Below are positions 13,165-23,869 of a stretch of DNA of 64,000 nt, one piece after another; the stretch's first letter is position 1, and each line of letters opens with the position of its first letter. The notes beneath the pieces were generated by a model. The model had not been told where the DNA came from. It searched no databases and saw only the letters and a program-made list of their open reading frames with translations. Origin of the DNA: Mobula hypostoma (lineage: Eukaryota); assembly GCF_963921235.1 (NCBI RefSeq), contig NC_086097.1, positions 1,612,001 to 1,676,000 of the forward strand, read 5' to 3'. The position numbers were made by a program, and so were the translations under genes.

Positions 13165-15005
13165 CTGAGATAAGACAGAGGAGCAGAATTGGGCTATTTG
13201 GCCCAGCAAGTCTTCTCTGCCATTCCATCATGACTGATCCATGTCCCTCTCAACCCTATTTTCCTGCCTTCTTCCCGTAATCTTTGACAGGATGACTAAT
13301 CAAGAAACTGTCAACCTTCGCTTTGTACACAGTATATCCAATGTCTTGGCCTCCACAATCTTTTGGGAATTCTGCACAAAGAATCTCTAGTCCCTTTGCA
13401 TCTTGGATTTTTGAATTTTCTCCCCAGTTAAAAAATAGTCTATGCTTTTATTCCTTCTTCCAAAGTGCGTGACTGTACATTTCCCAACAGCGTATTCCAC
13501 CTACCATTTCTTTGCCCATTCTCCCAATCAGAACCTGTCCAAGTCCTTCTGCAACCTCCACGTATCTTTGTATCGTCCACAAAGCTATCAATTTCATCAT
13601 CCAAATCATTGAGAAGTGGTCCCAACACCAACCCCTGTGGAACATCACTAGTCACTGGCTGCCAGTCAGAAAAGGCTCCCTTTATTCCCACTCGCTGCCT
13701 GATTCACTGATTCTCTGATTCTCCTTTGTCTATCCGGCTTGTTATTCCAACAGGTTTGTCAGGCAAGATTTTCCTTTAAGTAAACCATGCTGACTTCGGC
13801 CTAGTTTATCATGTGCCCCCAAGTATCCCAAAAGCTCGTCCTTACCAATCGACTTTAACACCTTCCCAACCACTGAAGTCAGGCTAACTGGCCTACAGTT
13901 TCCTTTCTTCTGCCCACTCCTTTCTTGAAGAATGGAGTGACATCTGCAATTTTCCAGTTCTCCGAAACCATTCAAGAATCCAGTTATTCTTGAAAGATCA
14001 TTACTAGTGCCTCCACATTCTCTTCAGCCACCTCTTTCAGCCACCCTGGGGTGTAGTCCATCTGGTCCAGGTGACTTATCTACCTTCAGACCTTTCAGTT
14101 TCCCAAGGAACTTCTCCTTAGTAATAGCAACTGCACTCACTTCTGCCTCGTGACACTCTCGAACTTCTGGCAAACTGCCAGTGTCTTCAGTGAAGACTGA
14201 TGCAAAATATTTATTCAGTTCATCCACCATTTCTTTATCCCTGATTATTACCTCCCCAGCATTGTTTTTCAGCAGTCTGATATTCTCAACTCTCTTTTAC
14301 TCTTGATATATCTGAAAAAAAAACTTTTGGTATCCTCTCAGATATTATTGGTGAGCTTACCTTCACATTTCTCGCCTGATGGTTTTTTTAGTTGTTTTCT
14401 GTTGGTTTTTAAAGTTTCCCAGTCCTCTAACTTCCCACTCATTTTTGCTCCGTTACATGCACACTCTTTTGCTTTTATATTGGTTTTGCTTTCCCTTGTC
14501 AGCCATGCCTTTAGAATGTTTCTTCTTTCGGATGTAGCTATCCTGTGCCTTCCAAATTGCTCCTAGAAACTCCAGCCATTAGTGCTCAGACGTCATCCCT
14601 GCTAGTGTTCCCTTCCAATCAACTTTGGCCAGCTCCTCTTTTGTGCCTCTGTAACTGCCTTTGCTTCACTGCAATACTGATACAAACAACCAGCTTCCCC
14701 TTAAATTTCAGGGTGAATTCTATCATGTTATCATCACTGTCCCCTTTACTTTCAGCTCCCTAATCAAATCTGGTTCATTATACAACACCCAATTCAGAAT
14801 AACTAGTGGGTTCAACCACGAGCTGTTCTAAAAAGCCATCTCCTAGGCATTCTATAAATTCCCTCTCCTGGGATCCAAAACCAAACTGATTTTCCCCAAT
14901 CTACCTGCATATTGAAATTCCCCATGACTACCATAACATGGCCCTTTTGACATGCATTTTCCATTATAATTTGTAGTCCCCAACCTGGCTACTGTTCGGA
15001 GGCCT
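13165..15005 (-). mobile_element. Decayed CR1-type LINE in BATF intron 1
   Basis: NKYFASVFT, KSPGPDGLHPRV, RPVSLTSVVGK, VPQG fragments. Confidence 0.8.
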
Positions 15006-15169
15006 CTGGTGGAAAGCTAGCACACAAAATGGACCGCATGGTCTCTGGCACTCTAACTATTCCACAAATCGGCATTTGAGCTTATCTGCTTCTATATTCC
15101 CCCATCACTCAACCCTCATTCTATATTCCCCTTCATTCTCCCCTCGTACCCCTACCCTCCTTCCCGAAG

Positions 15170-15480
15170 GTGAGGGAGGGGAAGGAAGCTGGGAGAGGTC
15201 GGGTGGGTGGAGGAGGTAGGAAGGTGGGAGGTGATAGGTGGAAAAGGAAAGGGAATCTAATAGGAGAAGAGAGTGGACCACAGCAGAAGAAAGCAGAAGC
15301 ACCAGGGGAGGTGAGAAGATACGGCGTAAGACGGGAAACCAGAGTGGGCATTGGAAAAGGGAGGGGGGAGAGAGAAAACAGGAAGCTGGAGAAATCGATG
15401 CTCATGCCATCAGGTTGGAGGCTGCACAGGTGGAATATGAGGTGTTACTTCTCAGACCCCAGTGTAGCCTCACGGTGACA
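15170..15480 (-). mobile_element. Penelope-like element 3' fragment
   Basis: Shares ATGCCATCAGGTTGGAGGCT and flanking sequence with the GIY-YIG element at ~45290-45360. Confidence 0.6.
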
Positions 15481-15583
15481 GTATTGGACCCCTCAAATCT
15501 TTCTTATCCATGTACCTGTTAATGTGAGAGAGTGTGAGTGTGTGTGAGTATTCTCAGCTCCACTGTCCCACCGAAGGCTGCTG

Positions 15584-15745
15584 ACCCGTCAGGGGTCCGG
15601 TCTCTCCCCCCTCTGCCCCCCCCCACACCCGTCAGGGGTCCGGTCTCTCCCCCCATGGCCCCCCACCTGGTCCGGTCTCTCCCCCACCCGTCAGGGGTCC
15701 GGTCTCTCCCCATACCCCTCTCCCGCCAGGGATCTGGTCTCTCTG
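15584..15745. repeat. Short tandem repeat, core CCGTCAGGGGTCCGGTCTCTCCCC (~5 variable copies)
   Basis: Direct inspection. Confidence 0.8.
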
Positions 15746-16099
15746 CCCTGCCTCCCCCCCCACCCCCCCCCGCTGGGTGTTCCCTCTATAAGAGAACAGT
15801 ACAGTACAGCCCTTCGGCCCACAATGCTGTGCTGAACCAATTAAATTAAATTAATATCCATATAGCCAACTGAACTACACAATGTCCCTAGCCCTCCATT
15901 TTCCTCACCTATCACAACATCTCTTCTCCCGGGTATTTGCCTCGAACAGCACCCCCAGCAGCGCATTCCAGGCACCTCACTACTTCCCTCTCACATCTCC
16001 TTTCAAATTGCCGCCTCTCGGTTTAAATACTCGCCCTCTGGTATTCGCCATTTCAACCCTGGGGAAAGGATACTCCATCCCTGCCCCTCTACCAGATCT

Positions 16100-17110
16100 C
16101 TCCGGCCTCCGCCGCTGCGGAGGGTTCTCGAAACACGGGGCAATGGTTCGAGCCGAAGCCCTTCAGCGTTTCCCGCTACCTGACTCGCTCAGCTCCTCAC
16201 ACACTCTCTGCCAGTTCTCCCTTCCCTCCGGCCCACGTGTCGTAGCCCCACGTTACTCAGTGATGCGTGACTGCACACATCTCGCAGACGGGAACCCCGT
16301 CTCCCCGTCTCCCCGTCTCCCGGTCTCCCCGTCCAGCGCGCACAGCTCCCTGCCTGCCCCGGCCGCTGCGGCTGGCTCCCGCTCCCGGATGAGTCCAGCG
16401 GAGGTGGAAGCGTTTCTCGTTCCCCTCCATACAGGCTGCTTTCCCCAGCATTGAGCGCCCACTGTCTCCGGCTCGAATGGGGCACGGAGCGGGGCAGGGG
16501 CAGGGCAGCAAACCGGGCGGAGAAGTGACGAGGGACCGGGACCGGGACGGGGTCGGGGTCGGGGTCGGGGTGTAGGCTGCTTGAGAGAGGGTCGGCGTGC
16601 GGGTGTGAGCTGTCCCAAGTCGGGTTCGTGTTTGGGTGGTGATATCCCGGGTTGGGACCGGGCTTCCCGGGATGGGTGCGGGTCCGATCGGGTGGTGTGG
16701 GAGCAGGACAAGGATGGACGCGGCTCCGGACCGGGTTGCCCGGGGCGAGTACGGTACCTGTTTGCCGGACGCCGGCCGGTAATGACTGTAGCCCGAGTCG
16801 CTGCTGTCGGAGTCCTGCGCCATCGCCGTTGCTCCGCTCGCAGTTGCTCATCGCTCACTTTTCTAACAACGGACAAACCATTTCTCGTAAAAAAAAGCGC
16901 GGCCCCGCTTGGACTGGAATCCACGTGATTGTGGCGGAAACTGTGTCAGATCGCGGCTGGGAACCGACTAAGCAAAAGCCCAGCAAAAATCCCGCGGTGA
17001 CAGCGCGGGGGCGGCGCAGAAACTGGGCCCGGGACAGACTCTCTTTCCCTCCGCACTCCACCGGGAATCCGGCTGTCAATTCCCCACCTCCCTCCCAAAT
17101 CCGCTCAACC
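16100..17110 (-). promoter_or_regulatory. CpG island / BATF promoter and 5' intron
   Basis: GC- and CpG-dense, TE-free stretch around exon 1 in an otherwise CpG-depleted window. E-box CACGTG 16922-16927, STAT-like TTCTCGTAA 16882-16890, partial kB-like GGGAATCC 17063-17070. Confidence 0.75.
16758..16823 (-). CDS. BATF: BATF coding exon 1 (22 aa)
   Basis: ATG at 16823-16821 (GCGATGG context), MAQDSDSSDSGYSHYRPASGKQ, donor CAG|GTACCG, inside a CpG island. Confidence 0.92.
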
Positions 17111-17184
17111 CATTCCACATCCCTACCAACCCCGGAACCCCGTCAGTCCCAATCTCCCCCCATCCCCTCCACTGGGGAGTCCTT

Positions 17185-20100
17185 GTGCAGGACTCCCTCA
17201 AAGTTAACTTGCAAGTTAAGTCGGTGGTAGGGAAGGCATATGCAATGTTAGCATTCATTTCCAGGGGACTGGAGTTTAAAAGCAAGGATGTAATGTTGAG
17301 TTTTTATGAGGCATCAGGCTGAGCAGTATTGTGATCAGTTTGGGCCTCCGTATTTCAGAAGCGTTGTGCTGGCATTGGAGCAGGTTCACGAGAACGATCC
17401 CAGGAATGAAAGGGTTATTATCTGAGGGGCGTTTGACGGCTCTGCGCTTTCGCTGGAGTTAGGCAGAATGGGCGGGGCGGGGCGGGGCGGGGGAGAGGGG
17501 GAATCTCGGTGGAACCTTTACAATATTGAAAGGCCTCTATAGAGTGGATTTTCCCGTAGTGGGGGAGTCTTCCACAGCCTCAGAATGGACGCACTTCCAT
17601 GTAGATGATCTTTAGCCAGAGGGTAGTGAATCTGTGGAATTCGTTGCCACAGATGGCTGTGGAGGCCCAGTCATTGAGTATATTTAAAGCAGAGGTTGAT
17701 AGGTTAAGGGTGTCAAAGGATACAGGGAGAAGACAGGAGAATGGAGTTGAGGGGAATAATAAATGGCCAAGACGACTCAGTGGGACATATGGCCTAATCT
17801 TGCTCCTGTGCCTTACGATGTGGTTGGTCTATCCCCCTTCCATGACTGGTCAGCCCATCTCCACCCCCACCCCAAGGGGATGCAGGCATTCACCCCAGGC
17901 CCACTCACCTCAGGAATGGAAGAGATCAGTGCAGGACAGTGGTTCTGAGGTACACATAGGCACAGTCTCTTCCTTTGGTCCAGACTTCTATCAGTGCAGT
18001 GGTCAACAGTCCCAGCCTCTGGATCAATTGACCCTGTCTCGAGGTCAATGGCAGACCCAGACACCACAGATGAATGAGGTCCCTCATAGGAGACTCATCC
18101 AGAAGGTTAAGATGCATGGGATCTGTAGTGATTTGGCCATTTGGAATCAGGTTTGGCTTGTTCATGGAAGGCTGAGAGCTGTAGCCAAAGGGACTTATTC
18201 TGTTTGGAAGTTGGAGAATAGTAGAACATAGAACATAGAATAGTACAGCACAGTACAGGCCCCTCGGCCCACAATGTTGTGCCGACCCTCAAACCCTGCC
18301 TCCCATATACGTCCCCACCTTAGATTCCTCCGTATACCTGTCTAGTAGTCTCTTAAACTTCACTAGTGTATCTGCCTCCACCACTGACTCAGGCAGTGCA
18401 TTCCATGCACCAACCACTCTCTGAGTAAAAAACCTTCCTCTAATATCCCCCTTGAACTTCCCACCCCTTACCTTAAAGCCATGTCCTCTTGTATTGAGCA
18501 GTGGTGCCCTGGGGAAGAGGCGCTGGCTATCCACTCTATCTATTCCTCTTATTATCTTGTACACCTCTATCATGTCTCCTCTCATTCTCCTTCTCTCCAA
18601 AGAGTAAAGCCCTAGCTCCCTTAATCTCTGATCATAAGGCAGGCAGCATCCTGGTAAATCTCCTCTGTACCCTTTCTAATGCTTCCACATCCTTCCTATA
18701 GTGAGGTGACCAGAACTGGACACAATACTCCAAGTGTGGCCTAACCAGAGTTTTATAGAGCTGCATCCACAGGGATCTGTTTTGGGACCTGTGCTATTTG
18801 TGATGTATATAAATGACCTGGATGAAAATGTAGATGAGTGTATGTTAATATATGTACAGTACATACACTGTATACACAAGACCGTAAGACAGAGAAGTAG
18901 AATCAGGCCACTTGGCCCATCCAGCCTGCTCCACCCTTTATCTTGAGATTCATCTCCTTACAGGCAGCCACAAAACAAAGAAACACAATAGAACAAAGAC
19001 CACCAACACCCCATATGGAGCGAGAAAAAAATTGTGCAAACAATAAAAGTAACATTCAATACTCAGAATCACAACCACAAAGTCAGTCACAGCCAATCCA
19101 GGAGCCCATTAGTTTGTTGACTCAGTTCACAAGTAAATCCCACGGAGCAGCAAGCTGAACTCTCGCCCACCCCTCTCCTCTGACCCTGACACCCTGACCT
19201 TCTCAATCGAGCCTGGCAATGAAATCGGCCAAACAGCAGGTCCCTCCTTGCTCTTGGAATCTGGCCCTGCCACATCGTTATACTCTCAGACCTGAGACTT
19301 GCCACCCCAATTCAGCCCAAACTTGATCTTTTCAGTTTGGCCCAGCGCTGAATCCAGTCAAATATCAGCTTGTTCTTTGCTCTTGGGTCCTGCCTCCTCA
19401 CCTCACCTCACCTCACCTCAGGTCTGCCACTTCGAATCAGCTACAGCAATGGCCAAATGTTTGCTGTTGGGCCTGGGTTCAGCCCAGACACGCCACACTG
19501 CAACCATCCTGCTCCTTTGGGATTTAGTTCACACCCCAAAAACACCAGCCTGTAGAGGCGGTTCAAAAGTTCAGTTCTGAAAGGGAAGTTACAGGTTGTT
19601 GATTGCCATGATCGTTTTCCAGAAAAAGTGTGATTAATAAAGTAAATAGTAGTTTTGTTTGCTGCCAGCAAGTTGTCGCTGTGTTTCACCAGTGCCATAT
19701 TATACCGGGTTTGTAGATGATACAAAGATTGGCGGTGTTGTGGACATGTAAGGATACAGCAGGGTATAGATTCATTGCAGATATGGGCAGAGAAATGGTA
19801 GTGGAAGTTTAACCCAGCTAAGTGCCAAGTGGTACGCTGTAAAGAGATGTACAATGCAAATGGCAAGACCACCTTTACTGAGCAGAGCAACCCTGATGTT
19901 CATGTGTACAACTCCATGAAGCTGACTACACAGGTTGATAGGGTAGTGTGGCTTCCTTGCCTTTATTGGTCGAGGAAATGAGTTGAAGAGTCGAGAAGTG
20001 AAGTTCAGCTTTATGTCTAATACCAGGGGGCATACAATTAAGGTGAATGGGTAAAGTTCAGAGGAGATGTGGGGTTATATTTTCACACAATGGGTCGTGG

Positions 20101-20312
20101 GGGCCTTGAATGTGCTGCTGGGGTGGTCGTGGAGGCAAATACGAGAGACGTGATTAAGAGGCTCTTAAACATGTGAATGTTCAGGGAACAAAGGGATATG
20201 GGTGTTGTGCAGCTGAAAGGTTAGGTTCAGTGGTTTTTAATTACTCCTTTAATTAGTTTGCTATAACATGATGGGCTGAAGTGCCTGTTCCAATATTGTA
20301 CTGTTTTATGTT
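17185..20312 (+). mobile_element. Cluster of decayed CR1 fragments (+), with a younger CR1 3' end on - (~18222-18765) and a non-autonomous element (~18940-19650)
   Basis: FSQRVVNLWNSLP; ERRRMRGDMIEVYKII...FFTQRVVGAWNALP; (TTCTATG)n tail; PQGSVLGPVLFVMYINDLD. Confidence 0.7.
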
Positions 20313-20815
20313 CCAGAGGTCAAAGTCTCAGATTAAAGGTCCTGACTCCAAGGTCCAAATCTTCAGATCAAAGTTGCAGGACCATAGGTCAGAGATCAAG
20401 ACCCCAGGTCAATGGCCTAGATCACTATGTCAGAGGTTTATGATAAAGGCCACTAGATGTGAGGTCACAGCCCCAGGTGACTGGTCAGCCCCCGGATTAC
20501 CAGCACCATTGAATGATTTATCAGCAGCAGCAGAAAGTGTAGGGAGCGGGGCAGGTGAGGGCAGAGAGCTGGGGACTTCCCTGGCATCCCCACCTCTCTG
20601 TCTGCATGCTTCTGTGAGAACTGACAGGAAGTTACTTCAAGTCCAGATTGGGTTTCACTCTAACACTTACTGGAGCAGACACCAGGACTAACCCTGAACA
20701 GATCCCAGTCAAATGGGACAGTTGAGTCTCACTGTCCCAGTTGCTAGAGCAGAAACCAGAGCTAACACTGAACAGATCCCATTCAAATCCACCACAACTG
20801 CTGTGGCATTATTAG

Positions 20816-21685
20816 AGTCAAGTCAAGTCAAATTTATTTATAAAGCACATTTAAAAACAACCCATGTTGACCAAAGTGCTGTACAAACCATAACAGATAG
20901 CTAAAATCACAAATACGAGAAACACAGACATAACCAACAAGGCAAACAGCTTATAGGCACAAAATAAACAACACAAGGGCCTAGGCACAAGCCAAAAATC
21001 AGCCAGATCAGGGGGTTTCAAATGCTAGCGAATAAAGGTAAGTTTTGAGCCTGGATTTAAAAGAGTTGATGGAGGGGGCAGATCTGATAGGGAGGGGAAT
21101 GCTGTTCCACAGTCTAGGGGCTACAATAGCAAAGCGCGGCCACCCCTGAGCTTAAATTCAGATCGCGGGACAGTCAGGAGCTCCAAGTCAGCCGAGCTGA
21201 GGGACCTGGAAGTAGAATAAGGGGTTAGAAGGTCTGTGATATAGGAGGGGACCAGCCCATTTAGGGGTTTATAAACAAACAGGAGAACCTTAAAATCAAT
21301 TCTGAACCACACTGGCAGCCAGTGGAGGGAGGCCAGGATAGCAGTAATATGGTCCCTCTTCCGGGCACCTGTCAGGAGCCTGGCTGCGGCGTTCTGGACC
21401 AGTTGCAGATGGGACAGGGACAACTGACTAATCCCAGTATACAGGGAGTTGGAGTAGTCCAAGCGGGAGGATATAAGGGCGTGGATGACTTTCTCGAGAT
21501 CTTTGAAAGAGAGAAACTACTTGATTTTGGCTTTTACTACTGCATTAACTTGCTTGTCAAACTTAAAGGTGGAATCAAATATCACACCAAGGGATTTAAC
21601 ATGGGGTTTGACAAGGGTGGACAGGTTACCAAGACTGTTGGTAATCACTCTGATGGAGTCAGGGGGTGACATTATCAGTAGGAAA
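20816..21685 (-). mobile_element. L2-clade LINE 3' fragment
   Basis: DYSNSLYTG...LQLVQNAAARLL...HITAILASLHWLPV (L2 C-terminal signature), VKSLGVIFDS, (TTGAC)n tail. Confidence 0.88.
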
Positions 21686-21904
21686 CCTAAGTTGCCAAAA
21701 TCCTGTAATACTACTCCCCAGCTTGGATCGCCTTTCTCAGCTCTCGTCCACACTCATCCTTGCCTGGATGTGATCGCAGAACCATCCCGTAACTGTCAGG
21801 TAAAGGACAATTCAGGTGACAATGGATGGACTTGTGTGGATGATGACCAGTGCCCTTCCCCTCCATATACACCCCCATCGTGACCTCTCCCCTCTCCTCC
21901 CCTC

Positions 21905-22495
21905 CATAAGACTATAAGACATTGGAGAAGAATTAGGCCATTCAACCCCTTTGAATCTGCTCTGCCATTCCATTATGGCTGATCCAGGTTCCCACTCAAA
22001 CCCATACAACTGCCTTTTTGCATAATCTTTGATGCCCTGACCATTCAGAAAACTTTCAACTTTCACTTTAATTATACCCATGATCGTGATTTCCGCAGCT
22101 ACCTGTGGCAGAGCATTCCACAGATTCACTACTCCCTAGCTAAGAAAAAAATTCTCCTTACCTCTGTTCTAAAGGGTTGCCCCCCCAGTTCTGAGGCTGT
22201 GCTGTCTAGTTCTGGACACGCCACCAGAGGAAACATCCTCTCCACATCCACCCTGTCTAGTCCTTTCAACATTCGTAAGGTTTCAAGGAAATCCCCCCAC
22301 ATTCTTCGAGATTCCGGTGAGTACAGGCCCAAAGCTGCCAAACGCTACTCATATGTTAACCCCTTCGTTCCCAGAATAATCCTCGTGAACCGCCTCTGGA
22401 CTCTCTCAAATGACAACACATCCTTCCTGAGATATGGGGCCCAAAACTGTTGACAATACTCCAAGTGTGGTCTGACTAGAGTTGATAAAACGTCA
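21905..22495 (-). mobile_element. CR1-type LINE 3' fragment
   Basis: ALGLYSPESRR...MLKGLDRVDVERMFP; NLWNALP. Confidence 0.8.
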
Positions 22496-23868
22496 GTCAT
22501 AGTCATAGTCATAGTCATACTTTATTGATCCCGGGGGAAATTGCCTTTCATTACAGTTGCACCATAAATAATTAAATAGTAATAAAACCATAAATAATTA
22601 AATGGTAATATGTAAATTATGCCAGGAAATAAGTCCAGGACCAGCCTATTGGCTCAGGGTGTCTGACCCTCCAAGGGAGGAGTTGTAAAGTTTGATGGCC
22701 ACGGGCAGGAATGACTTCCCACGACGCTCTGTGTTGCATCTCGGTGGAATGAGTCTCTGGCTGAATGTACTCCTGTGCCCACCCAGTATATTATGTAGTG
22801 GATGGGAGACATTGTCCAAGATGGCATGCAACTTAGACAGCATCCTCTTTTCAGACACCACCGTCAGAGAGTCCATTTCCATCCCCACAACATCACTGGC
22901 CTTACGAATGAGTTTGTTGATTCTGTTGGTGACTGCTACCCTCAGCCTGCTGCCCCAGCACACAACAGCAAACATGATAGCACTGGCCACCACAGACTCG
23001 TAGAACATCCTCAGCATCATCCGGCAGATGTTAAAGGACCTCAGTCTCCTCAGGAAATAGAGACGGCTCTGACCCTTCTTGTAGGCAGCCTCAGTGTTCT
23101 TTGACCAGTCCAGTTTATTGTCAGTTCATATCCCCAGGTATTTGTAATCCTCCACCATGTCCACACTGACCCCCTGGATGGAAACAGGGGTCACCGGTAC
23201 CTTAGCTGTCCTCAGGTCTACCACCAGCTCCTTAGTCTTTTTCACATTAAGCTGCAGATAATTCTGCTCACACCATGTGACAAAGTTTCCTACCGTAGCC
23301 CTGTACTCAGCCTCATCTCCCTTACTGATGCATCCAACTATGGCAGAGTCATCCGAAAACTTCTGAAGATGACAAGACTCTGTGCAGTAGTTGAAGTCCG
23401 AGGTGTAAATGGTGAAGAGAAAGGGAGACAAGACAGTCCCCTGTGGAGCCCCAGTGCTGCTGATCACTCTGTCAGACACACAGTGTTGCAAGCACACGTA
23501 CTGTGGTCTGCCAGTCAGGTAATCAAGAATCCATGACACCAGGGAAGCGTCCACCTGCATCGCTGTCAGCTTCTCCCCCAGCACAGCAGGGCGGATGGTA
23601 TTGAACGCACTGGAGAAGTCAAAAAACATGACCCTCACAGTGCTCGCTGGCTTGTCCAGGTGGGCATAGACATGGTTCAGCAGGTAGATGATGGCGTCCT
23701 CAACTCCTAGTCGGGGCTGGTAGGCGAACTGGAGGGAATCTAAGTGTTGCCTGACCATAGGCCGGAGCAGCTCCAGAGCAAGTCTCTCCAGGGTCTTCAT
23801 GATGTGGGAGGTCAATGCCACCGGTCTGTAGTCATTGAGGCTGCTGGGGCGTGGTGTCTTCGGCACAG
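22496..23868 (-). mobile_element. Rex1/Babar-clade LINE, 5'-truncated, nearly intact RT and C-terminus
   Basis: LNDYRPVALTSHIMKTLERL, FDFSSAFNTI, GAPQGTVLSPFLF, QKFSDD. A single in-frame TGA (23128-23126) separates two same-frame ORFs. AATAAA followed by a (TATGAC)n tail. Confidence 0.92.
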
Positions 23869-23869
23869 G

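Larger units (their letters stand above)
1498..16823 (-). other. BATF: BATF gene span (start codon to stop codon), 3 coding exons, 124-aa bZIP protein
   Basis: Spliced product MAQDSDSSDSGYSHYRPASGKQ|ENTEETKKVLRREKNRLAAQKSRQRQTQKADTLHQ|ESEHLERENVALRKEIALLNEELNYFSSVLKSHESLCPALNSSSEEMPFAPHSLPQSHCSTPARLHL*. It is colinear with mammalian BATF as I recall it (SDSSDS N-terminus, RREKNRxAAQKSRQRQTQKADTLH basic region, YFxSVLxSHE). Both introns are phase 0 and GT-AG. Confidence 0.95.

Noticed and set aside
16189..17230. Overlapping 115-223-aa ORFs around exon 1
   Set aside because: Stop-codon-poor CpG island; only the first 22 codons from 16823 match BATF.
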